Assembly (NCBI GenBank): GCA_001766815.1
Contig: LYOS01000002.1
Span: 39,777-103,776 of the forward strand
Reading direction: 5' to 3'
DNA length: 64,000 nucleotides
Source of the DNA: Candidatus Syntropharchaeum caldarium
GTDB lineage: Archaea; Halobacteriota; Syntropharchaeia; Syntropharchaeales; Syntropharchaeaceae
The notes under the pieces are model-generated. The model worked only from the letters and a program-made list of their open reading frames with translations. It was not told the origin of the DNA and made no database searches. This document shows positions 10,048 to 20,334 of this stretch, in pieces. Position numbers and translations under genes: made by a program. Each line of letters starts with the position of its first letter. Position 1 is the first letter of the stretch.

Positions 10048-11289
10048 ATGAGATATACGATACTGATTCTCGCTATCCAGCTTGCACTTCTAATAATTGC
10101 CCCAACCGCGGCAGGTGCCACAACACCAGTTACTGACTCTTCTGTCACAGTTGCAAACTATACCCTCGATCCACCGATCTTTATATCTGGTGATAAAGGC
10201 ACACTCACGGTTACTATCATCAACAGGGATACGACATCATCCGAGACAACGACCACATCAACCACGACAACAACCGGCACCACATCAACAACATCCACCT
10301 CTCTGATCAAGACAAAGATCGATGACGTCCGCCTTTATAGCAGAAATATCGAGTCGGTTGGAGAAGATGGAAAACGAGTGATATATGACAACCCTGGTGC
10401 ACTTTCACCCGGGGAGAGTATGACACTGACATTCCCGCTTGAGGCAGATGTCGAGGATGGCACGTACTTCCCTGAACTCAGGATCACAGTTGAGGATGGA
10501 ATAAATACTCGCTATCCAATCCCGATAACAGTTGATAGCTCACCCGTTGAGATCATCCCGATCGACATTCCAGGAGAGATCCCGGTCAAAGGATCGCAGT
10601 TGATCCAGCTTGCAGTTGCAAACACAAGACAGAACAGTGTAGAAAGCGTCAGAATCACTCCCAGATCCAGTATCTTTAAATTTGCACCTGAGAGCATCTT
10701 CATCGGCAGGATGGCTCAGAATGAAGAGGTTAACGCCAACTTCACACTCACTCCACTTATTGATGGTGCAGGCGTAGATACGATCACGTTTCGGCTCGAT
10801 TACAGAAACGGAGACAACACCCATGTATCTACACTCGAAAAACGTGTCGAGGTCGTTGAGAGGGAGGATCTGAGAGTTATTGTTGTCTCATATCCTCAAT
10901 CGATACCTGTGGGTGGTACTGGAAGAGTCGAACTGGATATCGCAAACGGCAGATCGAGCGATCTTTCAAGCGTACGTGTGGTGCCGATTACAGATGGGTT
11001 CACACTCTCACCGAAAGAGGTTTTTATAGGTGATATGGAGCAGGATGATGTTTTTTCCGCTGAGTTTGACCTGCGCCCGGTCTCAGGACCAGGTACGTTT
11101 GAAGAGGTCTCATTCAGGGCAATATATCGAGATCTTGGTAATGACAAACTCTATGAGACAGAACCGATCACACTCACAATTGAGATTGGCGAAGAAGAGA
11201 AGGAATCGCCTGCCCTCTCTCCAATTGCGCTTCTTATCGGGTTTGTTATCGCAGTTCGCCTTATTTCCCGTACTCGTCAACATTCTTGA
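10048..11289 (+). CDS. secreted, C-terminally anchored surface protein with repeated CARDB/S-layer-like (COG1361-type) domains
   Basis: Signal peptide, Thr/Ser-rich linker 'TTSSETTTTSTTTTTGTTSTTSTS', repeated beta-sandwich-like units, C-terminal TM plus basic tail. Confidence 0.5.
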   Translation: MRYTILILAIQLALLIIAPTAAGATTPVTDSSVTVANYTLDPPIFISGDKGTLTVTIINRDTTSSETTTTSTTTTTGTTSTTSTSLIKTKIDDVRLYSRNIESVGEDGKRVIYDNPGALSPGESMTLTFPLEADVEDGTYFPELRITVEDGINTRYPIPITVDSSPVEIIPIDIPGEIPVKGSQLIQLAVANTRQNSVESVRITPRSSIFKFAPESIFIGRMAQNEEVNANFTLTPLIDGAGVDTITFRLDYRNGDNTHVSTLEKRVEVVEREDLRVIVVSYPQSIPVGGTGRVELDIANGRSSDLSSVRVVPITDGFTLSPKEVFIGDMEQDDVFSAEFDLRPVSGPGTFEEVSFRAIYRDLGNDKLYETEPITLTIEIGEEEKESPALSPIALLIGFVIAVRLISRTRQHS

Positions 11290-11408
11290 AGAGCAGAATT
11301 CAAGCCAACCTGATCTGCACCATTGATCACGGTGCAAATCCGCCGATCGGGATAGATTTTATAATACAGCCCGATCAAGTGTTAATGAAAAAGGTGATTT
11401 GATCGAGT

Positions 11409-13613
11409 ATGCGAGGGATGGAAGAGGTTGAATTGAGCCGTGATATGGGGCTTTTCCATATCACGATGATCGGTATCGGTGCGATGATCGGGGCCGGAAT
11501 ATTTGTTCTGACCGGTATTGCAGCGGGTATCGCAGGACCTGGTTTCATACTCGCGTTTCTTTTAAATGGCATCATCGCAGGCTTAACCGCGATGGCATAC
11601 GCAGAGCTTGGTTCGTGTATGGCAGAGGCAGGTGGCGGGTATGTATGGATAAAACGGTCACTGCCGAATCCACTTGGATTCTTAAGCGGATGGATGGATT
11701 GGTTCGCACACTGCATCGCCTGCAGCCTCTATTCACTCGGATTTGGTGCGTATTTTGTTATTCTTCTGGAGATGGCAGGCGTAAACTTCATGGGAATAGA
11801 TAAAGGAATTCTAATAAAGGTTTTTGCAGTTATTATCTGCGCATTTTTTGCATACATCAATTTTAAGGGTGCATCTCAGACAGGAAAAGCAGAAAGCGTT
11901 GTTACAATGATAAAAATTATAATTCTCGTTATGTTCATCGGATTTGGCGTCCTCGCAATTATAAGAAACGGAGATTATACAAATTTCACGCCCCTCTTCC
12001 CTAAAGGATTTTTCGCGGTCTTCACAGCGATGGGATTGACCTACATTGCCTTTGAAGGCTATGAGATAATCGCCCAGGCAGGGGAAGAGGTTGTAAACCC
12101 AAAGAAGAATATCCCCAGAGCGATATTTATATCACTTTTAATTGTAATTCCGTTATATCTGCTCGTTGGATTTGTCGCTATCGGTGCAACCCATATTGAG
12201 GGGATGGAAACATATCTATATCTTGGCCAGAGTGGTGAGACAGCGATGGTTGAAGCCGCAAAGACTTTTATGCCCGCGGGTGCGCTGATTCTTCTGATAG
12301 GCGGCCTCATGTCGACTGTCTCAGCGCTCAATGCAACGATTTATTCATCCTCCCGTGTCTCGTTTGCGATGGGGCGGGATCATGATCTCCCTGAAGTTTT
12401 TGGCAGAATTCACAACAGAACACGCACCCCCCATATTTCTATTTTCATATCAGCCACACTGATAATCCTGATGGCGATCCTCCTGCCAATCGAGGATGTA
12501 GCGTCTGCAGCAGGTATATTTTTCCTCCTTATTTTCATTGGAGTCAATATCGCCATGATACGAATAAGAAAACAGATGCCAGAACTTGATCGAGGATTTA
12601 TAACGCCCTTATTTCCATTTATCCCGTTATTTGCAATCATAGCTCAGCTTTTCATTGCAGCCTATCTCTTTGGCTACAGCCCTGTTGCCTGGTACACCGC
12701 GTTTTTCTGGATCATAATCGGTGTGATTGCATTCTATCTCTATCCTGTGAAGAAGGAGCGTGAGGAGATCGAAGCACAGATTGTATATGAAGAAAAGGAG
12801 ATCGAGAAGAGACCTTATCGAATCCTTGTTCCAATTGCAAACCCTGAAACCGTAAAGGATCTGATAACGCTTGCATCGATCATCGCAAGAGAGAAAGATG
12901 GTGAGATACTTGCAATGGCAGTCATAAAGGTCCCTGAGCAACTTCCGGTATCAAGCGGCAGAGAGTTCGTGGATGAGAAGAAACCGATCATACAGGATGC
13001 AGTAGAGGCATGTCCTGATGATATACCAATAAATACCCTGATCAGGGTGGGACACAGCATTCCCAGGGCAATTACAGAAACTGCGAAGACAAGAAATTGC
13101 GATCTCATAATACTCGGATGGAGGGGCTGGACGTGGCGGCAGGAGCGTATACTGGGGAGCACAATCGATCCCGTTGTTATTCATGCACCCTGCGATGTTA
13201 TCATCGCCAGGTTCAGGGATTTTGTACCAGAGATGGTAAAAACGATACTTGTTCCAACCATAGGCGGTGTACATGCCAACTTTGCCTATGAGATCGCCAA
13301 AATTTTTGAGCGTGCAGGTGGCAGGATAAGAGCCGTGCGAATTGTGAAAGATCTGAAAGAAGAAAAGACACACATCACCGAGGATGAAATGGATATTGAG
13401 CTTATTCGTGCACCATCTGTTCGAGCCAAGCTTATTGAGCTATCAAAAGAGTCTGATCTGCTCGTGATTGGAGCAACAGAGGAACCGATCTTTAAACGCC
13501 TGGTATTCGGCATTGTTCCTGAAACTGTTGCACGTTCGGCAGACTGCACGGTGATCATGGTCAAACGGTATGAGAATAAGGTTGTATCGATCCTCAAGCG
13601 CTGGCTTGGCTGA
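11409..13613 (+). CDS. APC-family amino-acid permease fused to two universal stress protein (UspA) domains
   Basis: About 12 TM N-terminal region ('GIGAMIGAGIFVLTG'), then two USP-like modules ('ILVPIANPET...DLIILGWRG', 'ILVPTIGG...DLLVIGATE'). Confidence 0.85.
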   Translation: MRGMEEVELSRDMGLFHITMIGIGAMIGAGIFVLTGIAAGIAGPGFILAFLLNGIIAGLTAMAYAELGSCMAEAGGGYVWIKRSLPNPLGFLSGWMDWFAHCIACSLYSLGFGAYFVILLEMAGVNFMGIDKGILIKVFAVIICAFFAYINFKGASQTGKAESVVTMIKIIILVMFIGFGVLAIIRNGDYTNFTPLFPKGFFAVFTAMGLTYIAFEGYEIIAQAGEEVVNPKKNIPRAIFISLLIVIPLYLLVGFVAIGATHIEGMETYLYLGQSGETAMVEAAKTFMPAGALILLIGGLMSTVSALNATIYSSSRVSFAMGRDHDLPEVFGRIHNRTRTPHISIFISATLIILMAILLPIEDVASAAGIFFLLIFIGVNIAMIRIRKQMPELDRGFITPLFPFIPLFAIIAQLFIAAYLFGYSPVAWYTAFFWIIIGVIAFYLYPVKKEREEIEAQIVYEEKEIEKRPYRILVPIANPETVKDLITLASIIAREKDGEILAMAVIKVPEQLPVSSGREFVDEKKPIIQDAVEACPDDIPINTLIRVGHSIPRAITETAKTRNCDLIILGWRGWTWRQERILGSTIDPVVIHAPCDVIIARFRDFVPEMVKTILVPTIGGVHANFAYEIAKIFERAGGRIRAVRIVKDLKEEKTHITEDEMDIELIRAPSVRAKLIELSKESDLLVIGATEEPIFKRLVFGIVPETVARSADCTVIMVKRYENKVVSILKRWLG

Positions 13614-13658
13614 TTAAATATTTATATCATTAGATTAAACATTAGACGAGGGATACTG

Positions 13659-14033
13659 ATGTCTAAAGGATTCTTGAATAAGTTATTAGATCCACATGCG
13701 CGAACGAGAGAGGAAGAGTACATCGATCTGGATCTTGCTGAGTACGAGGAGATTCTTGATGAAGAACCTGCTGCACTCTTTGTCAAACTTGCAGAGTTGA
13801 CAGGCGTGAACGACCTCCCGGAGATCAAGAAAGAGGTGTATAACGGTAATATCGTAATTGTAGATATCTCACTTATCAAGAATGATAAGATCACGATGGA
13901 CAGGACGACCAAAGAGCTTAAGCAGGTTGTGGCAGATATAAAGGGAGATATAGCGATGACAGAGCATGATCTGGTGATCGTAACGCCTTCAAATGTCAGG
14001 GTTGATCGGAAGAAACTTGTCAGAAAGTACTGA
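13659..14033 (+). CDS. sepF: cell division protein SepF (DUF552)
   Basis: 124 aa. Acidic N-terminus then 'IKKEVYNGNIVIVDISLI...TKELKQVVADIKGDIAMTEHDLVIVTP', typical of the SepF fold. Confidence 0.7.
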   Translation: MSKGFLNKLLDPHARTREEEYIDLDLAEYEEILDEEPAALFVKLAELTGVNDLPEIKKEVYNGNIVIVDISLIKNDKITMDRTTKELKQVVADIKGDIAMTEHDLVIVTPSNVRVDRKKLVRKY

Positions 14034-14403
14034 TCCAGCAACATCAAGGATCAAATCTGATACGAGGGGAAGAAGGTTTGAGTTTAGAATTATATCATGT
14101 GAGGACCTTCTGGTAAGGGTCATACGGGCTGAAACCTGTCAGATTGAGATTCCTGAACTTGGTGTTGTGATAGAACCTGGTAACGCCTCTGAAGGATTTA
14201 TCACAAATGTTGAGGGGGTGCTTTTGCGCATCGAGAAGGTTCTTGGTATGACGAAGAACTGGGCGATCAGAGACGGTGATAAAGATAAAATAGAACAGAT
14301 TGAAGAACTCTCTAACCGAATTGATGCGGTGAAAAATGGAGAATTTGCGATAACACTTATTCTGGAGGATGAAACAGGAAACTCGGCAATTCTCGGAGAG
14401 TAA
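13993..14403 (+). CDS. ZPR1-type domain protein lacking the zinc-finger module
   Basis: 'EDLLVRVIRAETCQIEIPELGVVIEPGNASEGFITNVEGVL' resembles the ZPR1 beta-helix/A-domain. No CxxC pairs. The only in-frame starts (ATG 13993, TTG 14002/14017) overlap sepF. Confidence 0.45.
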   Translation: MSGLIGRNLSESTDPATSRIKSDTRGRRFEFRIISCEDLLVRVIRAETCQIEIPELGVVIEPGNASEGFITNVEGVLLRIEKVLGMTKNWAIRDGDKDKIEQIEELSNRIDAVKNGEFAITLILEDETGNSAILGE

Positions 14404-14406
14404 TAT

Positions 14407-16236
14407 TCAATCATCAAACTTCGCCTCAATCTCACGTGGAGGTATTCCGTTCTCATCCCAGCCCCGTCGTTTGTAATACAGCGAGAGCAGTTTCTGGAAT
14501 TCATCTTTATCGATCACCTTTCCTGCATTGGGTCCGGTGAGAACGGGTCTGGCATAAACCTTGTAGGGCAGTGTATCATCCTTGCGGTTCACACCCATTC
14601 TTGTATTTATCAATCTCGTCAGATCATAGATATCCTTCGATCGTTCCAGCAACTCTTCGAGCGAGGTTTCTCTGCCGGTCACATATCTGTAGAAATTCTC
14701 ATAGTGACGTTCATTCAACCCCAGTTCAATCCATGGCAACCGACAGACTCCCAGCATATCAAAGAGTGGTCGTAGCGTCTGGTGATAGATCACGATCTCG
14801 ACCTTCTCCTCATCTGTCCAGTTCTGCCCTTCTTCCATCTCCTTGGCGATGGTCCATGCACGTGTGTGGTGCGCACCGATATCAGAGGTAGCATATCCAA
14901 GTGCCATTGATATACCCGCACGACTGTCATAAGCCGACTGTTCAAGCCCTTTGACATGCAGAATTATCTTCTCCATCTCAGGCCACCGTTCAATGATCCT
15001 GAGCGATCCCTGTGAAAGTATATCGCCGACTCCTTCTCTGAATGCGATCTTACGGATAAGGTTAAGGATTGCATCCTCATCTCCCCATGCTATCTCTTCA
15101 TTGTCAATATCAGCAAGCGATAGTATGCCCTGCTCATAACCCTCGATCACAGCCCCTATAATATTGCCGGTGGAGATCGTATCGATACCAAGTTCGTCAC
15201 AAAGCCTGTTGGCAGCAAGCACCGCAGCGAAGTTATCGACACCAAGATTTGAGCCAAGCATCGCGCATGACTCATATTCTGGACCCTCGGTGACGGTTCC
15301 GGTGTATTTACCATTCTTGACCAGGCATATATTACCACAGGTCATGGAACAGGCGAAACAGGCACTATCACCTATCTTGTAACGATCGAGCATCTCTTCG
15401 CCATTTATTCTATCATGTCTTACAAATACCGTATCCCTGAAGTTGTAGGTGGGTAAAATTCCATGCTCATTCGCATACTCAATGACGTTCATCAATCCCT
15501 GCTGCTGCCAGAGTTCAAAATATTTGTGCTTTGATAGGTATTCATAGGCGCGATCAGCCTCTGCCACCAGGCCGTTAACATCATAGACAGGAAGATCCTT
15601 GTGGCCTCTTACAGCGATTGCTTTGAGGTTCTTTGATCCCATAATGGCGCCTATACCCGTCCTTCCCGCATTACGACTCCAGTCAGTATTTACACATGCA
15701 AAAAGAACCTGATTCTCGCCACCAACACCAATGGCAGCAATGTGCATCGCATATGTGCCCAGCTTCTCGAATATGATCCCTTCTGTTTCAAGGCAACTCT
15801 TACCTTTGAGTTCAGGCATTGGTATGATCTCGGTTGAGTCGTTGTCGATGAAGAGAATCGAAAGCTCAGGAGCCCTGCCCTTTATTGAGAGGACATCGAT
15901 TCCTGACTGGCGAAGCTCAACCCCGAATGCACCCCCTGCAGATGAGTCACCATACATCCCTGTAGCAGGCGATATGGAGATGAAAGAGCACTTACCTGAG
16001 GATGGTAAGTACACCCCTGTAAGCGGCCCAGGCGCGATGACAAGCAGATTCTCTGGACCAAGTGGATCAATCTTAAAGTCGTGCATCCTGAGGTTATCCC
16101 AGACAAGTTTTGCACCAAACCCTCTGCCCCCGATATACTTTTCAAGGAAGGTTTCTGATAAATCCAGACGTTCAATCTCTCCATCGGTAAGATTGACATG
16201 GAGATGTTTCCTGAAATACCCGCTCCTGATGTTCAT
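14407..16236 (-). CDS. aor: aldehyde:ferredoxin oxidoreductase (tungsten-pterin AOR family)
   Basis: 609 aa. 'LEKYIGGRGFGAKLVWD' N-terminus and [4Fe-4S] Cys region 'DSACFACSMTCG'. Confidence 0.9.
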   Translation of the reverse strand: MNIRSGYFRKHLHVNLTDGEIERLDLSETFLEKYIGGRGFGAKLVWDNLRMHDFKIDPLGPENLLVIAPGPLTGVYLPSSGKCSFISISPATGMYGDSSAGGAFGVELRQSGIDVLSIKGRAPELSILFIDNDSTEIIPMPELKGKSCLETEGIIFEKLGTYAMHIAAIGVGGENQVLFACVNTDWSRNAGRTGIGAIMGSKNLKAIAVRGHKDLPVYDVNGLVAEADRAYEYLSKHKYFELWQQQGLMNVIEYANEHGILPTYNFRDTVFVRHDRINGEEMLDRYKIGDSACFACSMTCGNICLVKNGKYTGTVTEGPEYESCAMLGSNLGVDNFAAVLAANRLCDELGIDTISTGNIIGAVIEGYEQGILSLADIDNEEIAWGDEDAILNLIRKIAFREGVGDILSQGSLRIIERWPEMEKIILHVKGLEQSAYDSRAGISMALGYATSDIGAHHTRAWTIAKEMEEGQNWTDEEKVEIVIYHQTLRPLFDMLGVCRLPWIELGLNERHYENFYRYVTGRETSLEELLERSKDIYDLTRLINTRMGVNRKDDTLPYKVYARPVLTGPNAGKVIDKDEFQKLLSLYYKRRGWDENGIPPREIEAKFDD

Positions 16237-16769
16237 TATAACTCCTCTTTTCCTATCTCAGCATACTGAATGACCTTCTTCTCACCCTTCTCATAGAACT
16301 CGATCTCCTTCATCTGGGTGTAGCTAAGGACATTGTTGAGGCGCCTGACTTCTCCAAGCGCTGCCTCTGGTATGAGCCTGAGTGCGCCCTTCGGGCATTT
16401 TTTAACACATTCTGGGTCTCCGCCACACATATCACACTTGATTGGAAACTCACAGTCCTCATGGGCATATATCGCACCAAATGGACATGCTTCGATGCAT
16501 TTGAAGCACGAGATACAGACGTCCTTATCCAGCTGCACCACACCATTATCCCGGCGCAGTGCACCCACAGGACATACCTCTTCACATGTTGACCGCTTAC
16601 ACTGGCTGCAAACGATCGGCATTCGCAGAACAGGATGTGGATATACAACAATCACCCTGATTGCCGCCTTTTTGGGGTTGTTCACACCAAATTGCCTGAT
16701 TGAACAGACAAGCTCACATATTTTACAACCAGAACACTGCTCTGGGATTACGGTCAGTTTCCTGGACAT
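16236..16769 (-). CDS. 4x[4Fe-4S] ferredoxin-domain protein (AOR electron-transfer partner)
   Basis: Four Cys clusters: 'CSGCKICELVC', 'CSQCKRSTCEEVC', 'CISCFKCIEAC', 'CDMCGGDPECVKKC'. 1-nt overlap with aor. Confidence 0.85.
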   Translation of the reverse strand: MSRKLTVIPEQCSGCKICELVCSIRQFGVNNPKKAAIRVIVVYPHPVLRMPIVCSQCKRSTCEEVCPVGALRRDNGVVQLDKDVCISCFKCIEACPFGAIYAHEDCEFPIKCDMCGGDPECVKKCPKGALRLIPEAALGEVRRLNNVLSYTQMKEIEFYEKGEKKVIQYAEIGKEEL

Positions 16770-16841
16770 GATATAGATCTCCCATATATCTATCTGTTAT
16801 TGAGCTATTTATTAAAAACTGTATCTGTACTTTTGGAGATC

Positions 16842-17519
16842 TCATACAGCCATCACATTGAGCAGCCGTTTCATCTCCCCCACACTCATCTGTCCTGGTG
16901 CAACCGCTTCTCTCACAAATCCATAGTTCAGGGCTGATCCATAGATTGGCGCAATGACTCTTGCATGCCTCCCCAGTTCACCCATCGTTATAACAGAAAG
17001 TCGCATCGGAGAATCAAGCAGAAGCTCAAACAGTCTCAGACAGTCATGGAGGTCGTTGACCATCGTCGCAATCTTTCCAATATCGGCTCCACACGCTTTC
17101 ATCCTTGAAACGATCATGGAGAGTTCATCCTCATCTGGAGTTAGCTCAAAGTTGTGGCAGGAGACAATCACTTCAACTCCCTGCTCCTTGGCCTTCCTGA
17201 TCACATCATCCCGCACCCCGCATTCAAGCTCAATATCGACGTAATCAAGAATATCCAGCATGTGAATCAAAAACTCGATTCGAGCCTCTTCATCCTCTTT
17301 AAATCTTCCACCCTCAAGCTCCCATCTGTTTGTTCCGATGATTTCAAGACCGATCCTTTTAAGTTTCAGGAGGAATCGCCTTGTATCCTCCAGTGAGAGC
17401 CCCCAGAGATCGAGCCTCGCCTCAAGGACGTCTGCACCATCCTTCTTTGCAAGTTGAGCACTCTTGAGATCTGGTTCATCGATTACACCAACGATCAGTG
17501 GTTTGAGTTCATCGCCCAT
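16842..17519 (-). CDS. aroD: 3-dehydroquinate dehydratase, type I
   Basis: 'ADVLEARLDLW', 'SCHNFELTP', 'GADIGKIATM' (Schiff-base Lys region). Track start 17522 is TTG; ATG 17519 overlaps the upstream stop (TGATG). Confidence 0.85.
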   Translation of the reverse strand: MGDELKPLIVGVIDEPDLKSAQLAKKDGADVLEARLDLWGLSLEDTRRFLLKLKRIGLEIIGTNRWELEGGRFKEDEEARIEFLIHMLDILDYVDIELECGVRDDVIRKAKEQGVEVIVSCHNFELTPDEDELSMIVSRMKACGADIGKIATMVNDLHDCLRLFELLLDSPMRLSVITMGELGRHARVIAPIYGSALNYGFVREAVAPGQMSVGEMKRLLNVMAV

Positions 17520-18676
17520 CAATCGAGTTCCTCCATAAACTCCCTGATGCGAGTCATGGCCTCCCTTATGTCATCAACCGAGACTGCATAGGCACATCTA
17601 ACAAAACCCTTACCACATTCTCCAAAGACCTCACCAGGGACAACAGCAACCTTCTTCTCATTAAAGAGACGCTCTGCAAACTCAGTTGAATTTAGTCCGC
17701 TCGCCTCTATCGAGGGGAATGTATAGAATGCACCGCGTGGGTTGAAGCATTCAAGCCCAGCCTCTTCAAGCCCAGCCACCATCAGCCGCCTGCGTCTGTT
17801 GTACTCATCCACCATCTCGGTACAGGCGTCTTCGCCATTTCGCAAAGCCTCACAGGCTGCGAGTTGTGACTGTATTGGAGCACAGAGCATTGTGTACTGG
17901 TGTATCTTCATCATCGCCTCAATTACATCTCTGTTTCCACAGGCATACCCGATTCTCCATCCTGTCATCGCATAGGACTTTGAGAATCCATTCAGGAGTA
18001 TCGTTCTCTCCCGCATACCGTCCAGGGATGAGAAGCATGTGTGTTTTCCATTATAGGTCAACCTGCTGTAGATCTCATCAGATACCACAAATAAATCATG
18101 CTCGTTTGCAATATCTGCGATTTCTTCCAGCTCTTTTTTTGATAGAATTGCACCTGTAGGATTATTTGGATAACCAAGTATCAATGCTTTTGTTTTCTCT
18201 GTTATCTTCGATTTAATGTCCTCTACAGTTGGTTTGAACTCGTTTGAACTCTCGGTTGGCACAACCACAGGTTTACCATAAGCAAGAATGATGCAGGGCT
18301 TGTATGAGACGTAGCACGGCTCAATCACGATAACCTCATCCCCTGGATCAAGGAGTACACGCATCGCGATATCAAGCGCTTCTGATACACCGCTTGTGAC
18401 GAGCACCTCGCCATGCATATCATAATCAACGTTGCAATCACACTTTACCGACTCTGAGATCAACTCTCTGAGTTCAATTAGACCCCAGTTTGAGGTATAG
18501 GATGTGCGTCCGTCCTCAAGCGCCTTTATCCCTGCTTCTCTGATGTGCCATGGTGTGACAAAGTCGGGCTCTCCAACACCGAGCGAGATCACATCAGGCG
18601 TGTTCAGTATCAGATCGAAGAACCTTCTTATCCCTGATGCAGGTATATCATTTAACCGCTGCGAGATTGGTTTCAT
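17519..18676 (-). CDS. class I/II pyridoxal-phosphate aminotransferase (aspartate aminotransferase-like)
   Basis: 'YPNNPTGA' and 'SFSKSYAMTGWRIGY' (PLP-Lys motif). Confidence 0.9.
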   Translation of the reverse strand: MKPISQRLNDIPASGIRRFFDLILNTPDVISLGVGEPDFVTPWHIREAGIKALEDGRTSYTSNWGLIELRELISESVKCDCNVDYDMHGEVLVTSGVSEALDIAMRVLLDPGDEVIVIEPCYVSYKPCIILAYGKPVVVPTESSNEFKPTVEDIKSKITEKTKALILGYPNNPTGAILSKKELEEIADIANEHDLFVVSDEIYSRLTYNGKHTCFSSLDGMRERTILLNGFSKSYAMTGWRIGYACGNRDVIEAMMKIHQYTMLCAPIQSQLAACEALRNGEDACTEMVDEYNRRRRLMVAGLEEAGLECFNPRGAFYTFPSIEASGLNSTEFAERLFNEKKVAVVPGEVFGECGKGFVRCAYAVSVDDIREAMTRIREFMEELD

Positions 18677-19161
18677 AGCGATACCGCCAGTCGCCCTCCT
18701 CCATCCCGCTGGTAAACGATCTCACCTTCATCCTTGTACATCTTGAGTGAGAAATGAGTGACCGTGCGCTGAACATTATGGATCGTTGCGATCTTATCCT
18801 CGACAAAATATGCCACATCCTTGAGCGTCCTGCCACGCACTACAACTGAGAGATCGTAGCTACCTGATACAAGCCGTACCGATCGAACTTCGGGGAACTC
18901 TGCGATTCGCTTTGCCACAACATCATATCCCTCACCCTCTTCCAGATTGATACTGATCTCAATCAGGGCGTAGACGTACTCCTGTCCTGCCTTCTCCCAG
19001 TCGATCATCGTCTTGTACTTGTGTATGATACCCTCCTCCTCAAGTTGCTTTATCAGAGCTTCGACCTCTTCAACCGATCTTCCAACCATCTTTGCGATCT
19101 CTTCAGTCGGAGTTCTTGCATTCTTCTCAAGAATATCAAGTACATCCATCATAAAGGTCAT
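18673..19161 (-). CDS. Lrp/AsnC-family transcriptional regulator
   Basis: HTH 'ILEKNARTPTEEIAKMVGRSVEEVEALIKQLEEEGII' plus a RAM domain. 4-nt overlaps on both sides. Confidence 0.85.
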   Translation of the reverse strand: MTFMMDVLDILEKNARTPTEEIAKMVGRSVEEVEALIKQLEEEGIIHKYKTMIDWEKAGQEYVYALIEISINLEEGEGYDVVAKRIAEFPEVRSVRLVSGSYDLSVVVRGRTLKDVAYFVEDKIATIHNVQRTVTHFSLKMYKDEGEIVYQRDGGGRLAVSL

Positions 19162-20201
19162 TTAACTATCCCTCGCTCCACTGCGAATACTTCGGCATTG
19201 AGGACAGACGCTCCAACAGCACCCCTTATCGTGTTGTGCCCCATGGCGATGTACTTCAATCCCATACTATCTGCCCGTATCCTCCCGACAGAGACCGTCA
19301 TCCCCCTGCCAAGATCGCGATCAAGGCGTGGCTGTGGACGATCTTCCTCTTCCATCACCATGATCGGCATCTCTGGAGATGTGGGAGACTCAATCTCTCT
19401 CCTGAAGTCATAAAAAGCCTTTTTAATTTCACTAACTGAGGGATCGGATGTGAACTCAACCCAGATCGCTTCTGTATGTCCATCTATCACAGGAACTCGA
19501 TGGCAGCTCGCACTTATCTTGAAGTTTGCAGGTTTCACGACATCACCATCAAGCTCACCGAGGATCTTCAAAGGCTCTGTTTCCATCTTTCCCTCTTCAC
19601 CACCAATGAAGGGTATGACATTGTCGTGTATCGCCATCGCAGGCAAGCCCGTATATCCTGCACCAGAGATCGCCTGCATCGTTGCAACCCGCACATGCTT
19701 AATCCCAAATTGCATGAGTGGTTTGAGCGTCATGGTCATCACGATGGTTGAACAGTTCGGATTTGTGATGATGCACCCATCCCAGCCGCGCTTTCTTTGC
19801 TGGACCTCGATCAACGCGAGATGATCACGGTTAACCTCAGGAATTACAAGTGGAACATCTGCATCCATACGGTGAGCTGCTGCGTTGCTTGCCACGGTAA
19901 AACCGGCCTCTGCAAATTCGACTTCAGTCTTTTTAGCGATATTTGCAGGTATAGCTGAGAATAGAAGTTCAATATCACTATTTTTGAGTGATTCGGGTCT
20001 TGCAAGCTTGACCTCCATCGTCTTGAGATCTTCGGGCAACGCTGTCTCGATGAGCCACTTTGTAGCATCCCTGTACTTCTTTCCAGCACTTCGTTCAGAT
20101 GCAAGAAGTTCTGTAATCTCAAACCATGGATGTTCTGAGAGTATCTGGATAAAACGTTGTCCCACAGCTCCTGTTGCTCCAAGTACGCCTACTTTTATCA
20201 T
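19158..20201 (-). CDS. asd: aspartate-semialdehyde dehydrogenase
   Basis: 'KVGVLGATGAVGQRF' Rossmann N-terminus, active-site 'NPNCSTI', 'RVPVIDGH'. Confidence 0.9.
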   Translation of the reverse strand: MIKVGVLGATGAVGQRFIQILSEHPWFEITELLASERSAGKKYRDATKWLIETALPEDLKTMEVKLARPESLKNSDIELLFSAIPANIAKKTEVEFAEAGFTVASNAAAHRMDADVPLVIPEVNRDHLALIEVQQRKRGWDGCIITNPNCSTIVMTMTLKPLMQFGIKHVRVATMQAISGAGYTGLPAMAIHDNVIPFIGGEEGKMETEPLKILGELDGDVVKPANFKISASCHRVPVIDGHTEAIWVEFTSDPSVSEIKKAFYDFRREIESPTSPEMPIMVMEEEDRPQPRLDRDLGRGMTVSVGRIRADSMGLKYIAMGHNTIRGAVGASVLNAEVFAVERGIVK

Positions 20202-20334
20202 TTTATACCCACCTTTAAAACCTACAAATCTACTCCTTTATATACTTATACTTTTCGATTGACCGTATTTTACCCACAAATTCACATATCCCTCACCAAT
20301 TCTTTAATAGATCCAGCATCATATATTTATCTAC

